A stretch of DNA of 63,292 bases, the filler included, from Hyphochytrium catenoides (lineage: Eukaryota; Protista; Hyphochytriomycota): the NCBI GenBank assembly GCA_900088475.1. It is 16 parts of 16 records of this genome, joined end to end, with 100 filler letters (N's around TTAATTAATTAA, not from the genome) between each part and the next. Parts side by side here need not be neighbours in the genome. Positions count along the whole stretch, not along the records: positions 21,708 to 24,299 come from FLMG01001995.1; positions 24,400 to 26,157 come from FLMG01003354.1; positions 26,258 to 33,555 come from FLMG01004584.1; 13 more parts are not named here. One strand, written 5' to 3'. Made by a program: the position numbers and the translations under genes. Each line of letters begins with the position of its first letter. Position 1 is the first letter of the stretch. Shown here in pieces: positions 21,902-33,655 of the stretch. The notes under the pieces are model-generated. The model had not been told where the DNA came from and searched no databases. It saw nothing but the letters and a program-made list of their open reading frames with translations.

Positions 21902-23637
21902 ATGAGAGCTTTCAATCTCTATACAGCGGCGGCGGCTGTCATCGCCGGTGCTTCTCTCTCTCTCTCCTCTCAAGCCTCAGGTGTAAGCGCCGCCTACACT
22001 TGGCAGAACCCGCTTGAAATCCAGAACTATAAGTTCTTTGACTCAGTCTCCGGCAAGGAATGGATCGGCACAGGTGTCGCGTTCTTTCCCAATGCCAACG
22101 ACGGGGATCTCTCCTCTCCGATGGCTGATGTTTTCACAGATGAACATGAGAAGATTTGGAGGCCGCATCTCAAGAACCTCAAGGTGAGGTGACGAAGAGA
22201 AAGAAGAGTAACGATGGTGATAGGGTAACTGCGCTGTATACCACTGATAGAGATAGAGCAGCCAGAGAAAAGAGAGAGAGAGAAGAAAAGAAGAAAGCCC
22301 TCTTTATGCTCACCGACGTGTCCCTTTACCATCTTCAGGATCTGGGAGCCAATATTATCCGCATCTACAGCGTGGACCCCACCAAGTCTCACGATAAATT
22401 TATGTGCGAGGTTGATAAGATGGGGATCTACGTCCTGGTAGAGCTTCTCTCAGGCTGCAATGGCTGCTCCTTCATCGTAGAGAAGTCGGCTCCAGAATGC
22501 TACCCTCAGAGCGTCAAGAAGAGAGCGCAGATGGTGATGAATGCCTTCATTCGCTATCCGAACGTCTTGGGCTTCAGTGCAGGCAACGAAGTCAACCATT
22601 TCACCACCACATCAACTCTGGGAGGAGATATCCACCAGACATTGGCTTGTCAGAAGAAGCTCATCCAGGACGCGAGAAGCTACATTGGGAAGGCAGAGAA
22701 GTGGAACTGGAGACAGGTGCCCGTAGGTGTCGTTATGGCTGACGCAGAACCCGAGATCCGCACACAGCACATGGAGTATCTAGTCTGTGAGCATCAGGAA
22801 GGGGCGGGGAGTGGTGCCCAATGGTACGGCCTGAACCCATACATGGACTGTAGTCCGTACAACGGGTCTTATGAGAATTCTGTCTGGGCTCCGTACGCCA
22901 AGTCTCTTTCGTCTAGTCCAGTGCCCATCGTCGCGGCAGAGTATGGCTGCATTCACACTTATGATGAACCTGTTCAGTACAACTTCCCGTCCCAGAAGGG
23001 AAGTGATGGCATCACTTATCAGAACCAACGAGACTGGGCCTCAGCGGCTTTTCTTGCCGGCAGCAAGGAGCTTCACGAGGTCATCCAAGCTGGCATTGCC
23101 TTCCAATATTCCACGCTTAACAATGCGAAAGCCGGGGCCAAGTACCCATTCAACGAGAATTCATTGGAGAACTTTGGCATTGGCTATGCTTCCCCTGAGA
23201 ACTGCGACAATGTAGATGTGATGTGCAAGTATGTAAGAAAGCCGGAGTTCCAGACCCTAGCTGATCAGTATAAGAAGAACAAGATCCCAGACAACGAGAA
23301 GCTACGAAAGGACAATTTTAAGGCCGTAGCAGCGAGGACGAAGGCTCCTGTGTGTCCTACGGGAAAGTTGATCGACATATCTACGATTGAGTGGCCAACT
23401 GACGACTTCAAAGACTTGGAGTTCACCGTAGATGTAGAGGAACCAAACTGCAGTGACATCACTCCGTCTTCTGCGCCGTCAGAGAACAACAATGAAAACA
23501 GAGGAGGAGGAGGAGGAGAAGGAGGAGGCAGTAAGAGTCCACCGTCTTCGCCTACCTCCTCAGCGACACAGATGACCGGTCATATGGCACTGGCTCTTGC
23601 TCTCCTACCAGCTGCTGTCACAGCGCTAGTTCAGTAA
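21902..23637 (+). CDS. GH72 beta-1,3-glucanosyltransferase (Gas/Gel-like), GPI-anchored
   Basis: Signal peptide; intron 22184-22338 (GT-AG); DLGANIIRIYSVDPTKSHDKFM; FSAGNEV (catalytic E); GLNPY; PIVAAEYGC (nucleophile E); Ser/Gly linker and hydrophobic C-terminal GPI signal. Confidence 0.9.
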
Positions 23638-23970
23638 GAAGTGGCTCAAAGGCTCACATTCTAGAGGCTTTCCACTAGAGAACGACATAGTGGCAGGAGG
23701 GCTGCTGCACCGCGACATCTATGTACTTTTTGAAAAAATCTAATGTTATATAACTTTATCCCAGTTCTAAGTGTATCCGACTGTGCAGAGCTAAGTAGAA
23801 TGCCATGGAGAGCGGCACCATGCGATGGCTTGGACAAGAGTGGAAAGTCGGAGTGCGGCTATCATGTTTCCGAATGCCACGTCTCGCCTCAGCCACAGCT
23901 CTTGACAGAAGAAGAGGTACAGCGAGCTGCGAATGCCCACCGTGCTCCCAAGACCGTGCAGTCTCTTGAA

Positions 23971-24055
23971 GAGAGAGAGACATACCTGTTCTTAAGAGAG
24001 AGAGACATACCTGTTCTTAAGAGAGAGAGACATACCTGTTCTTAAGAGAGAGAGA
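23971..24055 (+). repeat. Perfect 25-bp tandem repeat x3.4 (GAGAGAGAGACATACCTGTTCTTAA)
   Basis: Three identical units at 23971, 23996 and 24021 plus a partial fourth. Confidence 0.95.
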
Positions 24056-24802
24056 AGGTGTGGACAGAGTCAATGATGAGGCTGCGCTTGCGAGTAGGCC
24101 ATCAGCAGCCCCTTCGAGTTGGGCCGAAGGACTGGGTATTTAGGGTCCTGCTATGGGTCAATGATCCCGAACTCTCATTCTTACTTTAGCTACTACCATA
24201 AAGTGTCATATAAAGGTAAAAGAGGTAACTGGGTTAACTCTGTAGATATCTCAGGGGTGGGGACGAAAGGTCATTCATGCCTGCGCTCTCTCTCTCTCTN
24301 NNNNNNNNNNNNNNNNNNNNNNNNNNNNNNNNNNNNNNNNNNNTTAATTAATTAANNNNNNNNNNNNNNNNNNNNNNNNNNNNNNNNNNNNNNNNNNNNT
24401 ATAACCGCAGTGTAAGATAATATCACCAGGTCTTTCCCTAATAAATAATTTTAGCGATCTAGTGCTTGAAAGGCTTAAGGGTACCGTTCTCGAAGAGACA
24501 AAGAAAGCTGAGAAAAGGTCTTCTCAAGAACCTTCCAATCTCTGTCCTTGACCCTTTCATTGCCGATGGATGTTCCGCCAGGCAGCGCTAAGGTTCACAG
24601 CTGTTCACACAGTCAGAGGCGCACACCTCAGAGGAACAAACCTTTGCCCATTCTCTATTGTGAGCGCTTGCTCTGTCTTTCCCGCTCAATCATTCTTGTC
24701 ATTCGGCTAACCTCCATTCATGATGCGAGTTTCGACCGAGGATGCTGGGGAGCACGTGGGTTTGTCCGAAGCTAGAGGTTCATTATGAGAAGCCGTGACT
24801 TC

Positions 24803-25729
24803 TTATTGCCCCTCTTCTTCGTTTGTAGCACATTTTCTAGGAGAGAAACTTTGCTTTGCCTGGAAGTCAATATCCTCCTCAGGAACTCCCTCAGCTTCTT
24901 CAGCACTTTCAAAGGCAGCCGTTTGACTTTCCGGCCGATCTTCGGCGCTGATAGCAGCGGCGACCGACCCCGCAGCATAACCGCAGCTATCTCTCTCTTC
25001 CTCCTTTACACTCGCCTCTGCAGCCTCAGCATCCCCCGCTTCGATTTGTCGTTTGGTCGTGCTCGTGCCAACCGCTGGCATTTGAGCTTCCAACACCGGG
25101 AGCGAAGATACCGGAGAAGGAGAAGGAAGGGAAAATGCTTCCTTAACTTGTAAGGACTGGGGTGAGATTTCCCTCGTTTCGCCGTTAACGAGGCTCCCAG
25201 GCACTACAGGCAAATCCATATCGGTCGGGAAATTGTTGAGGTTGGTAGGCTGAGACACTTGCACGAGGTGTATGAGGGAAGGGAGTCCTTCTGGTTGTCT
25301 AGTTGGCCCACTTATTTCCGCGGTAGCTGGAGGAACAGGAAAAGACGACAAACCTCCTGGCCTTTCTGTTGACGGGAAAGAAACGGAAGCCTCTTCCTCT
25401 TTGCCGCCTTGTGAATTCCGGAGCAGGGTCATCAGGGAATCCGCACCGCCATCCAAGCCACCCTCTCGCTGTCCTTCATTAGGCATAGCGTGGTCAAAGG
25501 GCTTGGTAGGCAGTTCTATGTGAGTTGATAGCATATACGAGATATCCGGAAATAACGCCACCAGAGCTTCCTGCTCGGGACTGAGTTTCTTAGGGAGAAG
25601 AGAAAGACCTGGAAAGGGAAGAGTAGATAGGGAGAGAGCCCCATCTCTGCTACCGTCCTCCCTATCGTCTCGCTCTGCTATTCCAAAAGCCGCAAGAGTA
25701 TCACTGGCAGCGACAAGTAGAGTAAGCAC
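24803..25729 (-). CDS. Large exon/ORF of an unknown, mostly disordered acidic/Pro-rich protein (partial)
   Basis: 308-codon open frame with protein-like composition; no recognisable domain; contig is bounded by gaps. Confidence 0.45.
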   Translation of the reverse strand: MLTLLVAASDTLAAFGIAERDDREDGSRDGALSLSTLPFPGLSLLPKKLSPEQEALVALFPDISYMLSTHIELPTKPFDHAMPNEGQREGGLDGGADSLMTLLRNSQGGKEEEASVSFPSTERPGGLSSFPVPPATAEISGPTRQPEGLPSLIHLVQVSQPTNLNNFPTDMDLPVVPGSLVNGETREISPQSLQVKEAFSLPSPSPVSSLPVLEAQMPAVGTSTTKRQIEAGDAEAAEASVKEEERDSCGYAAGSVAAAISAEDRPESQTAAFESAEEAEGVPEEDIDFQAKQSFSPRKCATNEEEGQ

Positions 25730-26945
25730 AAAGGAAGAGGAAAATAAATATGTTATCCAAGGGTGGAGAGAATGCAGGTTATCGACAGAGAAGGGAACGG
25801 AGAGGAGCGAAGAGAAGGTTTTGAAAGCTCTAAGGGGGGAATGGCTGCTGTTTGACGTGATAAGTGAAGAAAGTGCCTAATGATCAAGACATGACACTTG
25901 AGTGCAAAGATCGAGGGCAGAGGAGGTTGAACTCTACAACTCCAGTGAGGTAGGTCACCCCAGACTCCCGTGAGAATAGGGTGTATGGAGGCCTCATTCC
26001 ACAGCCGCTTACCTCAGTAATGATCCTTGACTATGGCCCTCATCTTTCCCACCCTCGGTAGTTGCGGCCGTGGACGAGAGGAAGAAATCCAGATCCATGG
26101 CGTCAAAAGTATTTCCTGCTGTCTCCTTCTTGTCTTCGATTTGTGGCGGCGGCTCTTNNNNNNNNNNNNNNNNNNNNNNNNNNNNNNNNNNNNNNNNNNN
26201 NTTAATTAATTAANNNNNNNNNNNNNNNNNNNNNNNNNNNNNNNNNNNNNNNNNNNNTGCTCCTCTTATGGCTGGCCTGACCGTGCTATGGAGAGAACGA
26301 CGCCGTCATCGCAGAGAGTTTCAGAAAGAAAGGACAAGAGATTCACGGAACAGCAGACGAAAGGACGGCTTCTCTAGCACAGTGCTCCGTATCTCGAATG
26401 TAGAGGATGAAAGGCTGCTGGCGGTGGAGGGCGATAGCTTTTTCAGGGAAAGAAGAGAGACCAAAGGAACGTGTCTAAGTTATCGAAGGTCGTTGCCTAG
26501 CGAATAGAAGAGCACCACCTTACCAGCGACCTTCTGCTCTTGCAAGCAAGCAGCTCCCTATACTCGGCCTATACGAAGGCCCACTTACTATTTATACAGA
26601 GAATAGGCTTCTCTAGCATTCGATAGCTGTCGAGTTTGCGCTCACTTCGGCATATAGTGCACATAAATAAAACAGTTCAACTATGCGGCCTCAAAGGCAC
26701 TCACAATGTTGATGGCCTCTATGACTCTCGTGACTCCACCTTATCTCCAGAGTCCGCGCACGTGCATATGATGCAAGTAACTGTATCTTTTCCCTCTGCG
26801 CTGGTACTCGACCTTCCTGGCTGTGTCTCTTCGACTGGAAAGCAATACTTGAGAAGGGAAAGGACTGCGTCTCAGAGGGGAACTGACTTGATCCCTTGCA
26901 GGGCTCCCAAACTGCAAGCTGATAAAGAGGACCTCTGATATAGGG

Positions 26946-27090
26946 GAGGAAGGCTACTAAAAGCAGGACCTCCCACTCTCGATGTCCTGATCATCCAGAG
27001 TATGACTTCGGTAAATTACCCTGAGGAAGGCTACCAACAGCAGGACTCCCCACTCTTGATGGCCTGGTCATCCAGCCTATGATTTCAGTA
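26946..27090 (+). repeat. Diverged two-unit tandem repeat, 77-bp period
   Basis: gaggaaggctactaaaagcaggacctcccactctcgatgtcctgatcatccagagtatgacttcggta vs gaggaaggctaccaacagcaggactccccactcttgatggcctggtcatccagcctatgatttcagta. Confidence 0.85.
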
Positions 27091-27397
27091 GAATATATCG
27101 AGTGGCGCACTGAAGCGCACTCCGTCCACGAAGCAAACCCTGGCTTCCGACTAAGTCCATCCTGAGGAAGTGTGAACTTAGGCACGAACGAAAAGACCCA
27201 GAGCAGAAAGCCCCTCAGCTTAAGAACCTCGTTTAATGCAGAAGAGGGTGTGGAGACGGCAGGAAGGCCTTCCCCTATACTCAGTGAAGGAAAAGAAAGA
27301 AGATCAGTAGGGAGAAGCAGGTCTACACGACAAAGTAAGCTAGCAAGTACGGAGCCATTAACAATCTAGCAATCCCCTAGGCCACTGCATTCCTTAC

Positions 27398-30300
27398 CAC
27401 GTCTTTTCAGAAGGCCCATGTTGCTTCACGAAATCCAACAGTGCTTTGTCTTCTTCTGCTGTCCAGCCTCCCTCTACCGCCATGGTATTCGCACGCGCAA
27501 CGTCATTCGAGTTTGCTGACTGTAGGGAAGACGCAGAGGAAGCTGATGGTTCAGGCGAACGATTAAGGAATGAAATGGCAGAGCCTTGGCCAGAACCACA
27601 TGCGGTCTCTTCGCTTTGCTTTCCGGGCCACCTCCGTCTTGGCAGACGTCCAGCGTTAACACGAGGAAGAGGGGGAGAATCAGCAGCTGCACACGGGGCT
27701 TCACCTTCCGTTTCAGTCTCTGAGTCTAGCAGCTCGTCCTGCAGGTATTACATGGAGAAATAACTTCATTATGAGCCCTAGAAGATGAGGCACATAATAT
27801 AAAAGATCGGCTTGCAAATGGGTAGCCATAAAGGACGATGGAAGAGAAGCAGGTGGAGATCAAAGCGACAGCGTGATCTTGTCGCTAATCTAGAGAGTAA
27901 AGCATGTAGGCAATGGGATTAATTCTAAGGCTGGATCTATGCTGACCTTCTCAAACTCTTCTTCTGATCCACTGGACGAGGAGAGAGCTTCCAGCATCTC
28001 ACCCTGCTCCTCCTCCTCTACCTCCTTGTCAGCTTCTTCTTCCTCTTCGTCCCTGTTGCTTTGCCCAGCCTCTTCGCCTTCACTGTCGGAGTCAGAATTG
28101 GAGCTGCCAGACGACGATGATAGTAGATCATCCTGCTCAAATGCACTATCATCGTCATCCTCCAATTCAAGATCATTCCCTAGTAGGATGGATGAACAGC
28201 CGGACAAAAGAGCAGAGCGGCGGTCAAATGCTTGGCAAAGGATATCCGGTAGATGTGGCTCAGCAATAGAGAGATGATATATAGAGGGTCGAAGCGCGTG
28301 TAGGTAACTTGGCCAATTAAAAGCTGCACTTAGGCCCTTCCACTACGCGACGAGCCTTATTGGCAAGAATGCAAACCATCAGGTAGGCAAAGCCTTTAGA
28401 ATTCATCTCACCGCCCATGAAGAAAGATGTGATAGTCTCTCCATAACCCGTTGGTCTTTGGATACGTATGCCGGTTGGACTTCTACCCTCTTCTTCGTCC
28501 TCGTCCTCTCCTTCTTCTTCCTCATCATTGGTGGTAGTGCTTCTGATACCGATGTTGGCCCATTTCTGCTCCACCAAAGAAATCTCAAGGGGACCTAATC
28601 ATGACAAGATAGTATCAATAGTAATGAGGATAGTGAGAGACAACGTTTGCCGGTGAGAGGCAGCCTAAGACAGGAGAGAGCGAGAGAGTTCTTTCAGGCC
28701 GAGTATACAAGGATTTACTTTCACGCCAAATAACTATGCCCCACGCCTATTGTCTTTTATAAAAAATAGCGTCAGTTGAGCCATGACTACACTGCGCCAT
28801 ATAAAGGTGGAGGGGACATGACGATAGGAGAGAGAAGGACAGAACCTGCTAGGTATTCCGCCCATGCTGTTGTTGCAAGTGCTGGATGGACCATTCCCTG
28901 GTCTTCAGCCCTGATAAGAAATTGCAGCGGCTGAGGCTTGACAGGCTCTAGAAACAAAATGGGTAAGTCAAATATCGGCAACTCACGGCCAGCCCGTGGA
29001 AAATCAGGTCTCCAGCGAAAAGTAAGAAGAAGAATGGTGTTACCCGTAGGGTGGTCCGCGCCACGAAGCAAGACAGGCTGCGCAGGGTATGTTCGACATC
29101 GTTTATCGGCGCCTGTGCTTGAGACATTCCTATCGCTTTCTCTTTCTCCATATAATCTCTGCCATCGCTTTCTAATTTGCGTCCTACTCCGATGCGGCAG
29201 CAGTGTAGCAGAGATAATGCTCCACTAACAGCAATAAAATCCGCCAAGAAGTTGGACGGTTATTAAAAGAGAGACGTGGGAAGAATGAGAACTTTTCGAC
29301 TTCTGAGGGGTTGCCCGTAACTGGGTGGAGCAGGCCAGTCTTTGCACACGCTCGCTCGTGCTAATCTCAGTCCCTATTCCAATGCTCTTGCCTCCCCCAG
29401 CAGCCCTTCTCAAGGTGGCTCATCTTCTTGACAGCTCAAACCTTACCTTTTTCGCTGTATTCCCGTATAGTTGTACGCCCCTCACTATCTGCTCGTCCTC
29501 CTCTGGAGTGTAAAACCGCACCACTGTATTGGGGAGAGCCTACAAGCGGAAGAGTATTCAGAGAAACAGCGTCCAGCGCATTAGCCAGGCCCGTCGCCAA
29601 GAGGTACGTGGGCCACCCAGACAACCGGTGAAAGAGGAAAATGCATCATGGTTCAGGACTAGCATGTCTTCACTATCGCGAGTCTAACATGGAGAGTCTG
29701 GTCCCCCCTCCAGCCACCTTCATATCTTAGGTTGAACATGATCTCACCTCATCTAAGTGGTGATCTCTTTTGCTGCGGAGATTTTTGTATCTATTGACGA
29801 GTTGCTGCGTGGTTTTGGTGGGCAGCAAGTCATTACGTATGACGTCCCACTTGCTCTCAATCGGACTGCAAGCAGAGCCGTAAGCGCACAGATCTGAAGG
29901 GCATCACAAGAGAGAACCACAAAGGTGAAGGAGGAGTAGGAGAAAGTGAGGCCGGGCATCAGAGGAGCGAGCGTTAACCTTTCTGATACCAAGAGAGTGA
30001 GGGCTCGCCTATCTTACTTAGTTCTCTCGCATCCTCGGAGGAGAAGCCTATCTTCCGCCACAGTGAAATCCTTCTTTCGAATCCTTGGCGGCGCTGGACA
30101 TGCCCCAGGAGAGAACAAAGGTTAAGCAAGCCCGGAAGAGTCTCAAGGATGGTCTGTCTATAAGGCCCTTAGAGGCCTTCGCACGAAACGAATGAAGTGG
30201 CACAGAGATAGAGAAGAACTTCTGTGAAGGTTAGACGCATTGGAGAGGTTAGGACGAGGCCAAAGAAAGGTACTACTAAAGGAGAGATTCGTAAACTCCA

Positions 30301-32846
30301 AATGAGCCGGTTATAGCTGCAACAAGTTCCTCCAATACCCAGGAGGTTTCATGGGACAGGACCCACCCTTTGCTTCTTGGAGGATCCTCGGTGAGTTCCA
30401 GCATTGGACCTGGCTATCGCCTTCAGATGTGATGATCACGGGCGGAAGGAGACGGCAATCAAACCAAGGGCTAAAGTTGTCGAAGAAGAGCGAAGAAAGA
30501 GTTGTGGAGAAGGGTAGAAAGAGGACCCTCGGCAGATGTATAGGTTCCTTTGCATCACTTGCGCTCTTGACTTCTTCAGCAATAGTTGCGGACGCTTTTT
30601 GATAGCAAGTCTGCAGATGTTTCCTGGTACGTTGTTCTCCGGCCAGGAAGCTTTGAAGAGACTCTACTCCTGCGATCTGAGTTAAAGGCCTACTTAGCTT
30701 AAGTGTCAGGGAAAATCAATCACGATTGAAGGATAGACTGGAAATGGGATCACGCTAGGTTCAGGCGTTCAAAGGTAGGACCGCAGACAAACCATTTCCA
30801 AACAGAACAGAAGCGGCCATTAGTACGACGGATCCAGCAGTAGATCAAGGAAAGCTTTCATTATATAAGAGGAGCATAATGAGACCTCAACGGTTGAAGG
30901 AAACGGCTGCCTTTTCCTCTTGCCAGCGGAGGACCTGGTCTCGTAGCGGGTGGCGCTGTTGCCGTGACTTAGGCCACGAGACGCCCCCGGTTGGCTGGGA
31001 CTGAAAATAGTGGAAGACAACGACTGTCGTGAGAGGTCTGAAACTTAAGAGAAGAAGAAATGAAAGAAATGCAGAGAGGTAAGCGAAAGCCTAGCCGGAG
31101 AGAAGTACCCCTTAACCAGAGTACCGCCTAACCAGATTAACCTCAACAGACGAATGTGCTGGTAATGGAGAGTGCTTACGGCGTCATTGACGAAGTACTA
31201 GCGCTTCTAATGGTGGCTCCGTGTTGACTAAGATCTATAACCTCCTTTAGCATTTCTCGGCATTTCCTCGCTTTCTCATTGTCTCCCACCTGGACTGCCA
31301 GTAGGATGCTCTGCAGACAAGCGTATGGAAGTAGGAAATGGAGATGGGGAAATATAGAGTGAGGAACGACCAAGAAAGGGTAAGAGGGCTATGAATGCTG
31401 CTATTCCTCAGGTCATCTCTAAGCAAGATGCGAGGTTTGCCAGCCAAGGGAGAGTTCTCATACGCTGAGGTTCAGGTCAATACCACCAAACTACTAAGCT
31501 GAAAACACGAAGCGGCTACCTGCACCAACAGCTGCACATGTTTGTGCATCTGGGAAGCGAGCTGTCCTTGCTGGTGGGGCAGTGCGCCATCCTGGAGGGA
31601 GGGGGCCCTAACAAGGCACATCAAGTTGCTTAGCGTGGTAGCAGAAACAGAGGAATACGGTTCAGGCGAGTAGACACCGGATAAACCGCAGACTGACGAG
31701 CAGAGAAGCAAGACAACAGAAGTCGGAGGCTACAGAGAGGAGAAGGGCGAACACTGGCGGTAGCCAGCGAGGGGTTTAGAACAAACCGGCAGCTGATAAA
31801 GTCAGACAGATGGAAAGTGACAAAGGAAGGACGAACCCAAGGCAATATGGAGCAGACCGGGAAAATGTTACCTCGCGTTTTGGCTCTGCAGTGGATCTTC
31901 AGCGGGAAGAATCAGGCGGTTTGCAGGGCGCAACCACGCATAAGTAAATTGGGTCCGATCCAGCAACAACGCGTTTAGTTCCCTAGAAGCCAGGAGTAAA
32001 ACAGAGGGAGAGGTTGAGACGGACTGAAGGAGAAAGGAGGGACAGCAGCACCATGAGCAAGGAGGAAGACTCACCGCTGGGATATACGTAGTGAGGCATC
32101 ATCTTCAAAATCTGGTCCATCACCATCTTCCTCTGGCACGTACTCTTCATCATTGTCAGCTGTTTGCACAATGAATGAGCGGAAGGTGAAGTCATTAACG
32201 TTTGCCAATGGAGCTTGAGGTCAGCAAGTGGTGGTGCAAATATCTCGGAGTTAAGACGAAGAACATTGGAGGCAGATGCCCACAGAAGAAACGCTCAAGA
32301 GACCGGGGATTATGGAGTGGAAACAGCTGTCCCTCATGTTATGGGAAAGATATGAAAGATCATGCAAGACCCCAAAGGTTCGTCGTTTTATGGAGTGGTA
32401 GCAAGAGGATGTGGATCCGTGGACTAGAGAGTGACCGCATCCACCAAGGCTCCTCAACAAACAGAGATGTAGCGGGAAGTGACGTTACTAACCATCTTGT
32501 TCGTCATCGGCTAGATCCTGGCCCAATATGCCCTTCAAAAACTTCTGATACTCTTCATCACGCTCTAGCTCGTCAAACACTCTGCGTGGATTCGGAAGGC
32601 CCAAGCACCAATATTATTATGTCTCACCCTCAGCTCCTTCGCTCTATCTTACCCTAGGTCGGCCTGCTCGTTCAGCGCCGCTTCGAGCTGCTCTAAGCTG
32701 GCGTCCACCAGCGAGTACTTCGTTCTGGTCCGCGTGGCGATGTTGCCATCACTTTGCACGTCATCAGAGACGTTTTCTTCATTCTCCTCCCCTTCCTCCT
32801 CATTCCACGGCTCACGGCTCTCCTCCGCCTCCATCGGCAGGGCCAT
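27398..32846 (-). CDS. GON4L: GON-4-like / YY1AP1 / plant DUO3-like Myb-SANT protein, multi-exon (3' end not resolved)
   Basis: IATRTRTKYSLVDASLEQLEAAL; QLASQMHKHVQLLVQ; KKDFTVAEDRLLLRG | SKWDVIRNDLLPTKTTQQLVNRYKNLRSKR; acidic block; C-terminal WTAEEDKALLDFVKQHGPSEKTW. Same motif order as the GON4L/DUO3 family. Confidence 0.75.
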
Positions 32847-33186
32847 CTCGGTCACTGATCACCTCTCTTTCTTCGCCATTGATGGTTCTATCAGCACGGT
32901 AAGCCCTACTGCTTGCCTCCTTACTGCCTTTACCCAACCCTCCAAGCTCCGGCAACACCCCCTGCCCTTTCGACTGCTTCACCAGCAGCAGAGGCAGCGT
33001 CCCATTTTGGAGCATGTGGGCAGAGAAAGAGCGACGCGTGACAGAAGTAAACTGCTCTGAGCTTGTGGAGACAGAGAGAGAGAGGGAGAGACGGTCTGCC
33101 TGCGAAGAGTTCTGCAACGTTTGACTTTTGAAGATTCTGATGATCTTCAGAGTGTGATGAGTGATGAGCAGTACGAGCAATCAATC

Positions 33187-33555
33187 ATGTCAACTCCTGG
33201 GGGAGCTCAGAGGTATAGACCAACATTTACAAAGGGAGAGTGTCCCTACAGATTCGCAACAAACGGCATTATTATAACTGATGATGGCCGTGACCTAACT
33301 TACACTGGCTCATACGAGTTTAGTAATGAATATGAGCGATTTATCGCTAGCTTCAATCCTAGGTCCTTGTTTAATAGGCATCAACTAAAGTTGAGTACCG
33401 AATATAAGAGCCTGAAGGAGGTATCTGGAATGAGGTAAATCATCGAGAAACATCGATGCAGACAGTTTCAAACCTTCACACCATCATCACACCGGCAGCT
33501 CTTCTCCTCTGTCACTTCCAGAGCAGAGCCTCCACAGCTCATCGGGAGGATGAGA
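33187..33555 (+). CDS. 5' part of a hypothetical gene, divergent from the GON4L-like gene, cut by a gap
   Basis: MSTPGGAQRYRPTF...STEYKSLKE followed by a GT donor at 33421 and an AG acceptor near 33521. Confidence 0.35.
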
Positions 33556-33655
33556 NNNNNNNNNNNNNNNNNNNNNNNNNNNNNNNNNNNNNNNNNNNNT
33601 TAATTAATTAANNNNNNNNNNNNNNNNNNNNNNNNNNNNNNNNNNNNNNNNNNNN

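Noticed and set aside
23971-24055. 25-bp repeat as a CRISPR array
   Set aside because: No spacers, eukaryotic context, no cas genes.
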